Shown here one piece after another: positions 12,575-24,720 of a stretch of DNA of 64,000 nt. Position 1 is the first letter of the stretch. Each line of letters starts with the position of its first letter. Position numbers and translations under genes: made by a program. Below the pieces are notes generated by a model. It was not told where the DNA came from. It saw nothing but the letters and a program-made list of their open reading frames with translations, and searched no databases. Source of the DNA: Malacoraja senta (lineage: Eukaryota); the NCBI GenBank assembly GCA_038087875.1, contig CM075991.1:10790001-10854000 (forward strand), in the 5' to 3' direction.

Positions 12575-13115
12575 GCCAATAGACAATAGGTGCAGGTGTA
12601 GGCCATTTGGCCCTTCGAGCCAGCACCGCAATCGGAGGGGTAACCTTTTCACACAAAGGGCGGTGGGTGTATGGAACGAGCTGCCAGAGGAGGTAGTTGA
12701 GGCTGGGACCATCCCAACATTTAAGAAACCTGTTCACGTCCTGTACCTTGGAGAGAGTTTCTAGATGAGCTGAATACATGGGAGGAATAAATCCGGTAGA
12801 GTCTCCTGCCCGGAGTAGGTGAATTGTGGACCAGAGGACATAGGTTTACGGTGAAGGGGAAACGATTTAATAGGAATCTAATGGGGTAACTTTTTCACAC
12901 AAAGGGTGGTGGGTGTATAGAATGAGCTGCCGGAGGAGGTAGTTGAGGCAGGGACTATCGCAACGTTAAAGAAACAGTTAGACAGGTACATGGGTAGGAC
13001 AGGTCTGGAGGCCAAACGCAGGCAGGTGGGACTAGTGTATCTGCGACATGTTGTCCGGTGTGGGCAAGTTGGGCTGAAGGTCCTGTTTCCACGCTGTATC
13101 ACTCTACGACTCTAA
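12575..13115 (+). mobile_element. Cluster of CR1 fragments
   Basis: Short minus-strand tail at 12575-12630, then plus-strand ORF2-end and 3' UTR pieces. Confidence 0.75.
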
Positions 13116-13252
13116 TTTCCCTGCCATAATAGTACTTTGTATTGTTCAGCAATATGTAATGCAATAAATAATTCAGTGAGTTCGATAGAAGCTGATGGTT
13201 TTTACCATTATATTTGAATGCAGTGAGTTTTATAATGCATTCTCCAACCTAC

Positions 13253-13283
13253 AATCTAGGGTTCTCTGCGACTGCAATCACAT
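13253..13283 (-). CDS. slc4a5: SLC4A4/5-family N-terminal extension microexon
   Basis: Acceptor ctctgctgacag, donor ATT|gtaggt, 31 bp, phase 1-2. Encodes (D)VIAVAENPR(L) and joins 16581 and 4264 in frame. Confidence 0.6.
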
Positions 13284-13626
13284 CTGTCAGCAGAGTTACG
13301 GGAGCAGTTATAGATATAAAGAGGGGAATCCTATTTTGTATTCATTAATTCATTTTATGGTCCACATAACTTAATCCGCATTCACGTTCCGCTTATATTT
13401 CGACGACATCCTCGGTTCTGACTGCCGTTTATTTTATTTATTTCGTCTGCGTTATTGAGTTGCTCGGGAAAAAAAATCGAGGGTTAATTAAGCTTTCCGC
13501 AGTGAAGCTTGTCAGAACAGTGTCAACAGATGCAAATGCACTGTGCTGCCAATTCCTGCACTTTGGGCGAGGAGTGGGTGGGGAATGGAAGAAGCTCCAA
13601 GCAAAATGGTATTGATTCAACGGCTC

Positions 13627-14295
13627 ATAAGATCATAAGTGATAGGAGCAGAATTAGGCCATTCGGCCCATCAAGTCTACTCCACCATTCAATCAAGGCT
13701 GATCTATCTCTCCCACCTAATCCCATTCTCACAGAGAGTGTGAGTCTGTGGAATTCTCTGCCTCAGAGGGCGGTGGAGGCAGGTTCTCTGGATGCTTTCA
13801 AGAGAGAGCTAGATAGGGCTCTTAATAATAGCGGAGTCAGGGGATATGGGGAGAAGGCAGGAACGGGGTACTGATTGGGGATGATCAGCCATGATCACAT
13901 TGAATGGCGGTGCTGGCTCGAAGGGCCGAATGGCCTACTCCTGCACCTATTGTCTATTGTCTATTCCCCTGCCGTCTGCCCTTAACCTCTGACACCCGTA
14001 CTAATCAAGAATATATCTATCTATCTCTGCTTTAAATATATCCACTGACTTTACCTCCACTGCCTTCTGTGGAAAAAAAATCCACAGATTCCACAGAATT
14101 CCCTCCTCATCTCCTTCCCAAAAAGAATGACCTTTAATTCTGAGGACCTCTAGTCCCAGACTATCCCACTAGTGGAAACATCCGCTCCACATCCATTCTA
14201 GCCAGGCCTTTCACTATTCTGTACGTTTCAATGATGTCCCCCCTCATTCTTCTAAACTCCAGCGAGTACAGGCCCAGTGCTGTCAAACGCTCAGT
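13627..14295 (-). mobile_element. CR1 fragment containing an oppositely oriented CR1 insert (~13727-13965)
   Basis: Minus-strand 3' UTR/ORF2 interrupted by a plus-strand copy ending (ATTGTCT)n. Confidence 0.75.
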
Positions 14296-14296
14296 C

Positions 14297-15240
14297 ATAG
14301 AAACATAGAAACATAGAAATTAGGTGCAGGAGTAGGCCATTCGGCCCTTCGAGCCTGCACCGCCATTCAATATGATCATGGCTGATCATCCAACTCAGTA
14401 TCCCGTACCTGCCTTCTCTCCATACCCCCTGATCCCTTTAGCCACAAGGGCCACATCTAACTCCCTCTTAAATATAGCCAACGAACTGGCCTCAACTACC
14501 CTCTGTGGCAGAGAGTTCCAGAGATTCACCACTCTCTGTGTGAAAAAAGTTCTTCTCATCTCGGTTTTAAAGGATTTCCCCCTTATCCTTAAGCTGTGAC
14601 CCCTTGTCCTGGACTTCCCCAACATCGGGAGCAATCTTCCTGCATCTAGCCTGTACAACCCCTTAAGAATTTTGTAAGTTTCTATAAGATTCCCTCTCAA
14701 TCTCCTAAATTCTAGAGAGTATAAACCAAGTCTATCCAGTCTTTCTTCATAAGACAGTCCTGACATCCCAGGAATCAGTCTGGTGAACCTTCTCTGCACT
14801 CCCTCTATGGCAATAATGTCCTTCCTCAGATTTGGAGACCAAAACTGTACGCAATACTCCAGGTGTGGTCTCACCAAGACCCTGTACAACTGCAGTAGAA
14901 CCTCCCTGCTCCTATACTCAAATCCTTTTGCTATGAAAGCTAACATACCATTCACTTTCTTCACTGCCTGCTGCACCTGCATGCCTACTTTCAATGACTG
15001 GTGTACCATGACACCCAGGTCTCGTTGCATCTCCCCTTTTCCTAGTCGGCCACCATTTAGATAATAGTCTGCTTTCCTGTTTTTGCCACCAAAATGGATA
15101 ACCTCACATTTATCCACATTAGACTGCATCTGCCAAACATTTGCCCACTCACCCAGCCTATCCAAGTCACCTTGCAGTCTCCTAGCATCCTCCTCACAGC
15201 TAACACTGCCCCCCAGCTTAGTGTCATCCGCAAACTTGGA
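14297..15240 (-). mobile_element. 5'-truncated CR1 LINE with RT C-terminal ORF
   Basis: ORF 14395-15261: SKFADDTKLGG..LQGDLDRLGEWA..LVRPHLEYCVQFWSP; (TTTCTATG)n tail. Confidence 0.95.
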
Positions 15241-15351
15241 GAAACCTGTCGTGTCTTCCATGCTCTCGTTGTATCAGTCCCAGGGCACACTCCAGGCCAC
15301 TTGTGCAGAATACTGGTAGCTGACTTGCTTTTCATGAATTTTGCCCCCCCC

Positions 15352-15605
15352 AGCTGTTATCAGGCAACTGAACCATCCTACCACAACCAGAGAGCGGTCC
15401 TGAACTACTATCTACCTCATTGGGACCCTCGGACTATCCTTGATCGGACTTTACCTTGCACTAAACGTTATTCCCTTATCGTGTGTCGAAACACTGTAAA
15501 TGGCTCGATTGTAATCATGTATTGTCTTTCCGCTGACTGGTTAGCACGCAACAAAAGCTTTTCACTGTACCCCAGTACACGTGACAATACGCTAAACTAA
15601 ACTAA
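15352..15605 (+). mobile_element. Rex1/Babar-type 3' end
   Basis: CCCAGCTGTTATCAGGCAACTGAAC..GTGACAATACGCTAAACTAAAC; related copies at 17960-18480, 33960-34490 and 42450-42770. Confidence 0.65.
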
Positions 15606-15789
15606 AGAGATACAACGGGCAGCAGGCCCTTCGGCCCACCGAGTCCATGCCGACCATCATCGATCATCCACCCGGTTACAGGGAGAACGTGCAAACTCCA
15701 CACAGTAAGCACCCGAGGTCAGCATCAAATCCCGGGTCTCTGGCGCTGGAAGAGAGCAGCCCTACCAGCTGCACCACTGTTGCCTTCTT

Positions 15790-16055
15790 GAGCAAAACAC
15801 AGCGGGTCGGGTAGCATCTGTGGAGGCAACGGATGGGCGACACTTCGGGTCGGGACCCTTCTTCAGGTAACACATAATTACCTGACAGTCTGCAGAAGGG
15901 TCCTGACTCGAAGCATCGTCTGTCCATTTCCCTCCACAGATGCTGCCTGACCTGCTGAGTTCCACCAGCACTTTGTGTTCAGCTCAAGATTCTAGCAGTT
16001 CACCTGCAGTTCCTTCTGTCTCCAAAATAGCATCTGCAGTTCCTAGTATCTCCTT
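15790..16055. mobile_element. Degenerate foldback Penelope hammerhead element
   Basis: Inverted PLE terminal units around 15865-15895. Confidence 0.65.
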
Positions 16056-16580
16056 CCTTAGGGCAGGGCTGAAACCCCACATCTCAGTCTGTTGATATCC
16101 GTGGTGAATGTTGAACGAAATACTCTCGGACAAACAGAGTCTCTGATCAGTCTTATCATAAACAAACTTCACTTTAGTTTTTACGATAAATGTCGCTTTG
16201 CACTTGTCCTGCACACCCCTAACGTCTGCCTGTGCATCATCTTGTGTCTTAACAATGTCAGCGTCTTGTGTTGGATCCCAGCCTGAAGTCATTGCTGTCA
16301 GTATATTGTGCTGCATGGTCAAGTTGTCCCAGTTAGGCAGCTTCACCACCGATGTATCCATTTGGTCTCGACCTGAAACGTCACCTATTCCTTCGCTCCA
16401 CAGATTCTGCCTCACCCGCTGAGTTTCTCCAGCATTTTTGTCTACCTTATCCATTTTATAAAGTTACCTCAGCAGACATGTATCAAAGAAAACAGACGAA
16501 AAGCAACCCGGAACTTTGTTGAACTATGCTTTGTTTTAATATTTATTTATCTGAAACTAAAAACTCAAGACCAATATTAC

Positions 16581-16657
16581 CTGAAAATGCCTGACGGCGA
16601 AACCATACAAAGTCAAAACTGGGTGATAATTCTTCAAACATGTCCCCGTCGGTTATT
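16581..16657 (-). CDS. slc4a5: SLC4A4/5-family upstream exon with candidate start ATG (16641-16639)
   Basis: Acceptor ttttgttacttacag, donor CAG|gtaata, 77 bp. Encodes ITDGDMFEELSPSFDFVWFRRQAFS, in frame with the downstream exons. Confidence 0.6.
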
Positions 16658-16733
16658 CTGTAAGTAACAAAATTCCAGATTCTGGCAACTCAAGGCAAAT
16701 CTACCCCCCACTCTTTACAGCTGGTGATCTTAC

Positions 16734-16776
16734 CTGGAGATCGGTGCAGGTGCAGGTGCAGAGGTAGAGATGGGAC
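16734..16776 (-). CDS. Candidate further upstream slc4a exon (coding or 5' UTR)
   Basis: Donor CAG|gtaaga and a 76-bp intron to 16657; acceptor cccccttcag at 16776 (alternative at 16852). Open and in frame (GPISTSAPAPAPISR). Confidence 0.4.
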
Positions 16777-17044
16777 CTGAAGGGGGATTATTTAATGTCC
16801 CAGCTGAATGGCAGCATCCTGAAGCCAGACCCGTTTCAGAGGATGTTCTTGTCTAATGGGTTAGCGATGAGGATCAGTTATCTCAGCCGCAGTGTGGGTT
16901 CTGTGCTGGCCTATTGACTGATGGTGTTGTGTCAGTCAGTGCACCCCAGGCAACTAGCAGTCATATGCTGTCAGACGACCCAATTCTCCAATGGACCCAC
17001 AACGTGTCTGTCAGGGAAGGGATTGAAATGGAAAACTTTCGAAT

Positions 17045-17520
17045 TTAGGTTTTCGAGATACAGCGCGGAAACAGGCCCTTCGGCCCACCGAGTCCGCGCT
17101 GACCAGCGATCGCCCCGTACACTAATGTGTGGGAAGGGGCTGCAGATGCTGGTTTACACCGACCACAGACACAAAAGGCTGGAGTTCCTCAACGGGTCAG
17201 GCAGCACCTCTGGAGAAAAGGAATAGGTGACGTTTCAGCTCGAGACCCTTATGAAGAAAGGTCCCGACCCGAAACGTCACCTATTCCTTTTCTCCAGAGA
17301 AGCAACCGTAGGGCCAATTTACCATTTTTTCCGAAGCCAATTAACCTACAAACCTGCACGTCTTTGGAGTGTGGGAGGAAGCCGGAGCACCGGGAGAAAA
17401 CCCACAGGGTCACGGGGAGAACGTACAAACTCCGCACAGACAGCACCCGTAGTCAGGATCGAACCTGGGTCTCTGGAGCTGTAAGGCCGCAACTCTACCG
17501 CTGCGCCACCGTGCCGCCCT
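17045..17520 (-). mobile_element. V-SINE split by a foldback PLE hammerhead element (~17125-17300)
   Basis: SINE tail at 17045-17124, SINE body and head at 17310-17520. Confidence 0.8.
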
Positions 17521-17599
17521 TTATTCAAATTTGTTCTTAAGTCAAGGAAGTAACTTAGTCAGCCTTACAAGATAAGGCAACCAAAATGATACAGGAACG

Positions 17600-17927
17600 G
17601 CACAGTGCCAAGAGACCCAGGTTCGATCCTGACTATGGGTGCTGTCTGTGTGGAGTTTGTACGTTCTCCCCGTGACCCTGTGGGTTTTCTCCCGGTGCTC
17701 CGGCTTCCTGCGGAGTGTGCACGTTCTCCCTGTGGATGAGTGGGTTTTCTCTGGGGGCTCTGGTTTCCTCCCACATTCCAAAGATGTGTAGGTTAATTGG
17801 CTTCTGGAAATTGTCCCCAGTGACAGCATAGGACAAGTTTACGGGGAGATCGCTGGTCGACCTGAACTGGATGGGCTGATGGGCCTGTTTCCATGCTGTA
17901 TCTCTAAATTAAACTAAATTAAACTAA
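17600..17927 (+). mobile_element. V-SINE with duplicated V-domain
   Basis: GTTCTCCC..GTGGGTTTTCTC occurs twice in tandem. Confidence 0.8.
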
Positions 17928-18291
17928 TCAGCCATTGAGGTACAGAAACTGGGCCTTCAAATCTAGTCAGTGGAGAGACTATACATAATTACAATCAAGC
18001 CGTCCATAGTGTACAAGTACAGGATAAAGGGAATAACGTTTAATGAATGAATATGTTTATTGGCCAAGTATTCACATACAAGGAATTTGCCTTGGTGCTC
18101 CGCCCGCAAGTGATAACATGACATACAGTGACAGTTAAGAATGATACATAAAGTTACATTAGTGCAAGACAAAGTCCAGTGAGGTCCGATTAAAGATAGT
18201 TTGAGGGTGTCCAATGAGGTAGATGGGAGGTCAAGAGCGCTCTCTAGTTGGTGAGAGGATGTTTCAGTTGCCTGATAACAGCTGGGGAGAA

Positions 18292-18442
18292 GGTAGACAA
18301 AAATGCTGGAGAAACTCAGCGGGTGAGGCAGCATCTATGGAGCGAAGGAAATAGGCAACGTTTCGGGCCGAAACCCTTCTTTGATGGGGGGTGGGGGGAG
18401 AAGAAGGGAAAAAGGAGGAGGAGGAGGAGGAGGAGCCCGAGG
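18292..18442 (-). mobile_element. Penelope terminal fragment with 11-bp TSD
   Basis: GCTGGGGAGAA at 18281-18291 and 18443-18453; inserted in a Rex1-type tail. Confidence 0.75.
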
Positions 18443-18619
18443 GCTGGGGAGAAACTGTCTCTGAATCTGGAGATGTATTCACCTCAAGTCACGGCGCCCC
18501 TTTGCCACGCAAACCCAATAGCTGCTCTGCACAACACCGGCTGACGAAGACGAGATGGAGAGACCAGTGGAAGTCAGGGGAACCATCTAGGCTACACCAT
18601 TACATGTGCAACTTTATTT

Positions 18620-19512
18620 TTTACTGCAACTGCAACTTTATTTATATAGCACATTTCATACACGAGGCAGACTCAAAGTGCTTCACATAAAAACATCTCA
18701 TACAATAAAATGAAATAATAAAATGAAATAAAATAGAAGAATTAAAAGAAAAGAAAAGCAAAGTTAAATATGCATCAGAGAAAAGTGCAAAAGTTAAAAG
18801 TACAATGTAGTTATGATTTAGCTGAAAGCTAAAGTAAACATCAAAGTTGTCAGTCTTGTTTTAAAAGTGGTGAAAGTAGGGGCAAGTCTTAAATCTTCAG
18901 GAAGTTTATTCCAGCTATTTGTTGCATAGTAACACATTTTTTGGTCTTTGTTAGAACTCTAGCAACAGCGTTCTGAACAAGTATTGGCCAAGTATTCACA
19001 TACAAGGAATTTGCCTTGGTGCTCCGCCCGCAAGTGACAACATCTTAAATCTTCAGGAAGTTTATTCCAGCTATTTGTTGCATAGTAACTAAATCCAGCT
19101 TTCCCATGTTTTCTATTTACTCTGGGAATCACTAACAGATTGGTCTCAGAAGTACAATTTAAATTTTATTTATTAGAAGTACATTACATTACAACCAATT
19201 ACATTAGAAGGCTTATATAGTGGAAGCATGTCAGTGATATACTTTGGCCCTAAACCATGTAGTGATTTATAGGTGAGCAGCAGGATTTTGAAATCAATTC
19301 TCTGACATACAGGGAGCCAATGTAAGGATTTAAGAATTGGTGTAATGTGTTCACATTTTTTGGTCTTTGTTAGAACTCTAGCAACAGCGTTCTGAACAAG
19401 CTGTAGCTGCCTGACAGTTTTTTCCGGCAGACCTGCAAGGAGACCGTTACAATAATCTAGCCTGCTAGTAATAAAGGCATGTACAAGTTTTTCTAAGTCT
19501 TGAGCTGACATG
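18620..19512 (-). mobile_element. L2-clade LINE 3' fragment
   Basis: ORF LEKLVHAFITSRLDYCNGLLAGLP..LQLVQNAVARVLT..HITPILKSLHWLPV.QRIDFKILLL; L2-type tail GTGAAGCACTTTGAG..AATGTGCTATATAAATAAA. Confidence 0.9.
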
Positions 19513-19513
19513 A

Positions 19514-19810
19514 CATCGATGACTCCATGGACGTCCCTGGCCAGGACCTGCCCCGAAAGCAGTGGACAACCCTCAACCGCTTGAGGACGCTATGGAGTAG
19601 CGATGAAGAGGTGGGGCCTCGTGGACAGCGAGCGCCTCCTGTGAGTGTGGGGACCCAACACAGACGGTGGAGCACATAGTCACCAGTTGCCCCAAACACC
19701 AGCCACCGAATGGTGAACGAGGTCTGATTGACCTGGACGATGACACGTTGGCCTGGCTCGCCTCAACGGAGCTGCAGGTCTGAAAGACACGCGACAGAAG
19801 AAGAAGAGGA
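19514..19810 (+). mobile_element. I-group (Vingi/Ingi-like) LINE 3' end
   Basis: Frameshifted PGQDLPRKQWTTLNRLRT..KRWGL..CECGDPTQTVEHIVTSCP (CCHC knuckle), stop at 19781-19783, (GAA)n tail. Confidence 0.6.
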
Positions 19811-20050
19811 GGTGTATTCAGCTATTATTTGTTATTTATTTGTTGTGTTGTTGTGTTAGACAATGTGCCTCTTAAGCCGCAGTATCTGATTGTTCCATTC
19901 TGGTGCCCAGGCCACGACAATCAACCACTCTTGAGTCTTACGCAGGAGAGAGTCCTGAGACTTGGCTGGATTTCCCAGCCTGTGTTGCTTCATTCAGAAA
20001 AGCCATCGGATGGCAGCACTGAGCCAAAGTCCCTCTGACTGGAATCACTA

Positions 20051-20900
20051 TTTAGTTTAGTTTGGAGATACAGCGCGGAAACAGGCCCTTTGTCCCATCC
20101 AGTCCGCGCCGACCAGCGACCCCTACATATTAGAAACATAGAAAATACATAGAAAATAGGTGCAGGCCATTCGGCCCTTCGAGCCTGCACCGCCATTCAA
20201 TATGATCATGGCTGATCATCCAACTCAGTATCCTGTACCTGCCTTCTCTCCATACCCCCTGATCCCTTTAGCCACAAGGGCCACATCTAACTCCCTCTTA
20301 AATATAGCCAATGAACTGGCCTCAACTACCTTCTGTGGCAGAGAGTTCTAGAGATTCACCACTCTCTGTGTGAAAAATGTTTTTCTCATCTCGGTCCTAA
20401 AGGATTTCCCATCTATCCTTAAGCTGTGACCCCTTGTCCTGGACTTCCCCAACATCGGGAACAATCTTCCTGCATCTAACCTGTTCAACCCCTTAAGAAT
20501 TTTGTAAGTTTCTATAAGATAACCCCTCAATCTTCTAAATTCCAGCGTATACAAGCCGAGTCTATCCAGTCTTTCTTCATATGAAAGTCCTGACATCCCA
20601 GGAATCAGTCTGGTGAACCTTCTCTGTACTCCCTCTATGGCAATTAACACTATCCTACATACACTAGGGACAATTATCGCACTATTAACACTATCTTACA
20701 CACACTAGGGACAATTTTTACATTTTACCAAGCCAATTAACCTACATACCTGCACGTCTTTGAGGTGTGGGAGGAAACGGAAGATCTCGGAGAAAACCCA
20801 CGCAGGTTACGGGGAGAAGGTACAAACTCCGTACAGGCAGCACCTGTAGTCAGGATCGAACCCGGGTCTCTGGCGCTGTCAGGCAGCAGCTCCACAGCTG
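20051..20900 (-). mobile_element. V-SINE split by a CR1 fragment (~20131-20644)
   Basis: CR1 ORF2 IAIEGVQRRFTRLIPGMSGLSYEERLDRLGL sits inside the SINE. Confidence 0.85.
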
Positions 20901-21369
20901 CTAGGAGAAGGTGACAACGAGGCATTCAAAGTAAAATGTAATCAGGAGGACAGTACACTTTGTTTTTTGTTTTATAAACCAGCGTTGCAGTTCCATCTTT
21001 CTTGATAAACTTATATTTGTTATTGTTTATGCACACGCAGGCACTTTAATTCATGATAGGAACATATAAAACAACATGAATGTTCCCAGAAATCATAACC
21101 TGGGATTACTAAAGAATTTTATGTTCTGTGAAAGTATAAAAATCATTGCAATTTCATTTCAGCATTTTAATTTCAGATTGTATCCCAGATATGGAAAAAC
21201 CTCATTTAAAATTAATTCTAATGTGGATTTAAACCCGCTGTAAAGATAAGATACAGAGGGTGTGTGTTATAAGTCAATTTGAACTTCTTCAAAGCACTTT
21301 GTGCTAATTGGATTAGGAAGAAATGCATCTTGCATCCTTTATTTCATTTGTCAATTAAACCCTTCGGAA

Positions 21370-21870
21370 GGCATGGTGGCGCAGCGTTAGAGACCCGAGT
21401 TCGATCCCAACCATGGTGCTGTCTGTACGGAGTTTGTACGTTCTCCCCATGACCGCATAGATTTGCACCGAGATCTTCCGTTTCCTCCCACACTCCGAAG
21501 ACGTTCAGGTTCGTAGGTTAATTGGCTTGGTGTATGTGTAAAAAATATTATCCTGAGTGTATGATAGTGTTAATGTTCAGGGATTGGCTGGTCGGTGTGG
21601 ATTCGGTGGGCCCAAGGGGCTGTTTCCATGCTGTATCTCTAAACTAAAACTAGACAGTATGGGTTTCTTCCAGGTACTCCGGTTTCCTCCCGCATAGCAG
21701 AGACGTGCAAGGTTGTAAGTTAATTGGTCCTCTGCAAATTGTCCCTCATGTGTAGGGAGTGGATGAAAAAGTGGTTCAAGATAGAACTAGAGTGAATGGG
21801 TGATTGATGGTCAGTGGAGACTTGGTGGGCCAAAGGGCCTGATTCCATGCTGTATCTATCAATCAATCAA
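21370..21870 (+). mobile_element. Two tandem V-SINEs
   Basis: Head, V-domain and tail, followed by a second 5'-truncated copy. Confidence 0.8.
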
Positions 21871-22206
21871 AGCTATACAGGCTCTTCGGCCCATCATATC
21901 CACGATGGCCATTAAGCATCCACACTAATCTGATTTTGCTGAATTTGGATCCTTCTATGCTTTAGAGAATCATATAGTTGTCAAGATATTGCTTAAATGT
22001 TCAAAGGTTATGGGGAGAAGGCAGGAGAATGGGGTTGAGGGAGAAAGATAGATCAGCCACGATTGAATGGCGTAGACTCGATGGGCCGAATGGCCTAATT
22101 CTGCTCCTAGAACCTATGCACAATGGCGTGAGGGTGATGGAAAGAGCGAGAGGTGATCGAAAGTGAGAGAGGGAGAAAGAGATGGAGAGAGGAGAGAAGG
22201 AGAAAG

Positions 22207-22531
22207 GGCAGTCACAGTGGCGCAGCGGTAGAGTTGCTGCCTTACAGCGAATACAGCCCCGGAGACCCAGGTTCGATCCCGACTACGGGTGCTGTCTGTA
22301 CGGAGATTGTACGTATTCCCTGTAACCTGCGTGGGTTTTCTCCGAGACCTTCGGTTTCCACACACACTCCAAAGACGTACAGGTTTGTAGGTTAATTGGC
22401 TTGGTAAATGTAAAAATTGTCCCCTAGTGGGTGTAGGATAGTGTTAATTTGCGGGGATCGCTGGTCGGCACGGACTCGGTGGGCTGAAGGGCCTGTTTCC
22501 GCGCTGTATCTCTAAACTAAACTGAACTAAA
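22207..22531 (+). mobile_element. Full-length HE1-like V-SINE
   Basis: A box TGGCGCAGCGG, B box GGTTCGATCCC, V-domain, CR1-like tail and (AAACT)n. Confidence 0.92.
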
Positions 22532-22586
22532 GGAAGGGAGAGAAAATAAATGAAACGATGAACGAAAACTAACCAGAGCATAATTC

Positions 22587-24720
22587 TTTTTTTTTTTTTT
22601 AAATTTAAATTTTATTTATTAGAAGTACATTACATTACAACCAATTACATTAGTACTCGTCACATATATCTTATTACAATTAATGTACTCCGTTTATTTT
22701 TTACACTAATAAAGGGAAAGGATGAGATTGAGAGAAAGAAGAAAGTGAAGGAAAAAAGTGAAAGTGTAAAAAACGTGACAACAAAAAAACAAAAAACAAA
22801 GACCCTATAAGAAATAAATTAAAAACAAAAAGAGTTAAGAAATAGACCCTAAAAAAGAAGAAAAAAGAGAAAGAGGGAAAAGAGAAAAACAAATACTTTG
22901 TTGTAAGCATCACGCAAATGGGATATACCAACTCTCCAGCTTTCATCCCCCCTTACCTGACCTCAGTTTTTTTTTAGTACTTTTGCACCCTATACTTGTA
23001 ATAATTCTATAAATGCAGACCACGTCAGGTGGAAGTGATCTGGTTTACCTGCCAGGAGGAGTCTTATCCATTCTAGGTGTAATGTTTCGAACATATTTGA
23101 AATCCACATGTTTATAGTTGGTATTGGAGCGTTTTTCCAGAATTTTAGGATTAACTTTTTTCCAGTTATTAACCCATAGTCTATTAGTTTCTTTTGGAAC
23201 ACATTTAGTTCTGGACTATCTTCCGTTGTTCCGAAGATAATCCATTCTGCTTTGGGTATCAGTTTAATTTTAAATAATTTTGTAAAAATTTCAAAACTTT
23301 CAATCCAAAATTTTTGAATTTTTGTACAGAAAACAAATGAGTGCGCTATAGTAGCTTCTTGAGATTGACATTTATCACAAATTGATGATACATTTGGGAA
23401 AATGTTATTGATTTTAGTTTTAGAATAATATAATCTATGTAAAATGTTAAATTGTATTAAAGTGTGTCTTACATTAATCGAACATTTATGCACATTTAAT
23501 AAATGTTCATTCCACCTTTCCTTTGAAATTTTAATAGCTAATTCTTGTTCCCAGTCTCTTCTAATACCTTCCGTAGATGGTATTTCTACATTTAAAATAA
23601 TATTATACAAATATGATATTAAGTTTGCTGATTCAGCTTTTATCTGCATTGCTTCATCCAATACATCTGTTGAGGTATTATGATGATCTTTTGTATATTT
23701 TTTCAAATAGTCACATATTTGAAAATATTTAAAATATTGATTATTTCCGAGTTTATATTTTATTTGTAATTGTTGGAATGAGAGTAATTTTCCAGTTTCG
23801 TACAAGTCACCGAACGTTTTAATTCCTAGTCTATCCCATTGTATGAAAGATTTGTCTGTCATAGAGGGATTAAATGAAGGGTTATTAATTATGGGAGATA
23901 AAAGTGATAAATTTCTTAATTTTAAATTTTGTTTTATTTGTTTCCAAGTTCTAATTGTACCATGTATAATTGGGTTTTTGTTATAATTTATGTTATTCGG
24001 TTTCATTGGTGAGAGAAGGATCGCTCCAATGTTTCCAGAGGAGCAGTCCTCTCTCTCCATTACAATCCAGTCCACTTGCTGGGCAGAGTTGTCCATCAGT
24101 TGAATCATATTTTTAATATTTACTGACCAATAGTAATACATGAAGTTAGAGAGTGCTAAGCCCCCTAATACTTTAGCTTTGTTCAAGTATGTTCTTTGTA
24201 TTCTATGTGATTTATAGTCCCATATAAAATTCGTAATGTCTGAATCCAGTTTAAAAAAAAACTTCTTTGGTAGGTATATAGGAATCGATTGAAATAGGTA
24301 TAAAATTTGTGGTAAAAAGATAATTTTTATTGCATTTATTCGGCCTATTAAAGACATCGGGAGCATTTTCCAAAATTTAATTAGTGTATTTAATTTATTA
24401 AGTAAGAGATCAAAATTTGCTTTAAACATGCCTTGATATGTTCTAGTGATTTCGATTTCCAAGTATTTAAATTTTTCTGTAGCTATTTTAAAAGGGAATT
24501 TTAAAAGATGTATTGAGTCTTTCGGTTTTATTGACATAATTTCACTTTTATTCCAGTTTATTTTATATCCAGAAAAGGATCGAAAATCCTCAATTAAGTT
24601 TAATATATTTGGTATAGTAATTTGAGGTTTTGTAATGTACAGTAATATATCATCCGCGGATAAAGATATTTTATTATTTGAATATTTAGTATTATACCCA
24701 TGGATATCTGGGTGTGTTCT
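22587..24720 (-). mobile_element. 5'-truncated L1-clade LINE with 15-bp TSD
   Basis: TSD ACCAGAGCATAATTC at 22572-22586 and 24721-24735; poly(A) at 22587-22600; open ORF2 to 22990 with SADD (degenerate YADD), GYKINWNKSE, GRINAIK, GGLAL and CDKC..H....C. Confidence 0.95.

Noticed and set aside
15984..16454. 156-aa ORF
   Set aside because: It begins and ends in Penelope repeat units, and the middle has no recognisable domain or splice sites.
22207..22290. tRNA genes at the SINE heads
   Set aside because: A and B boxes are present but are followed by a V-domain and LINE tail, with no proper cloverleaf.
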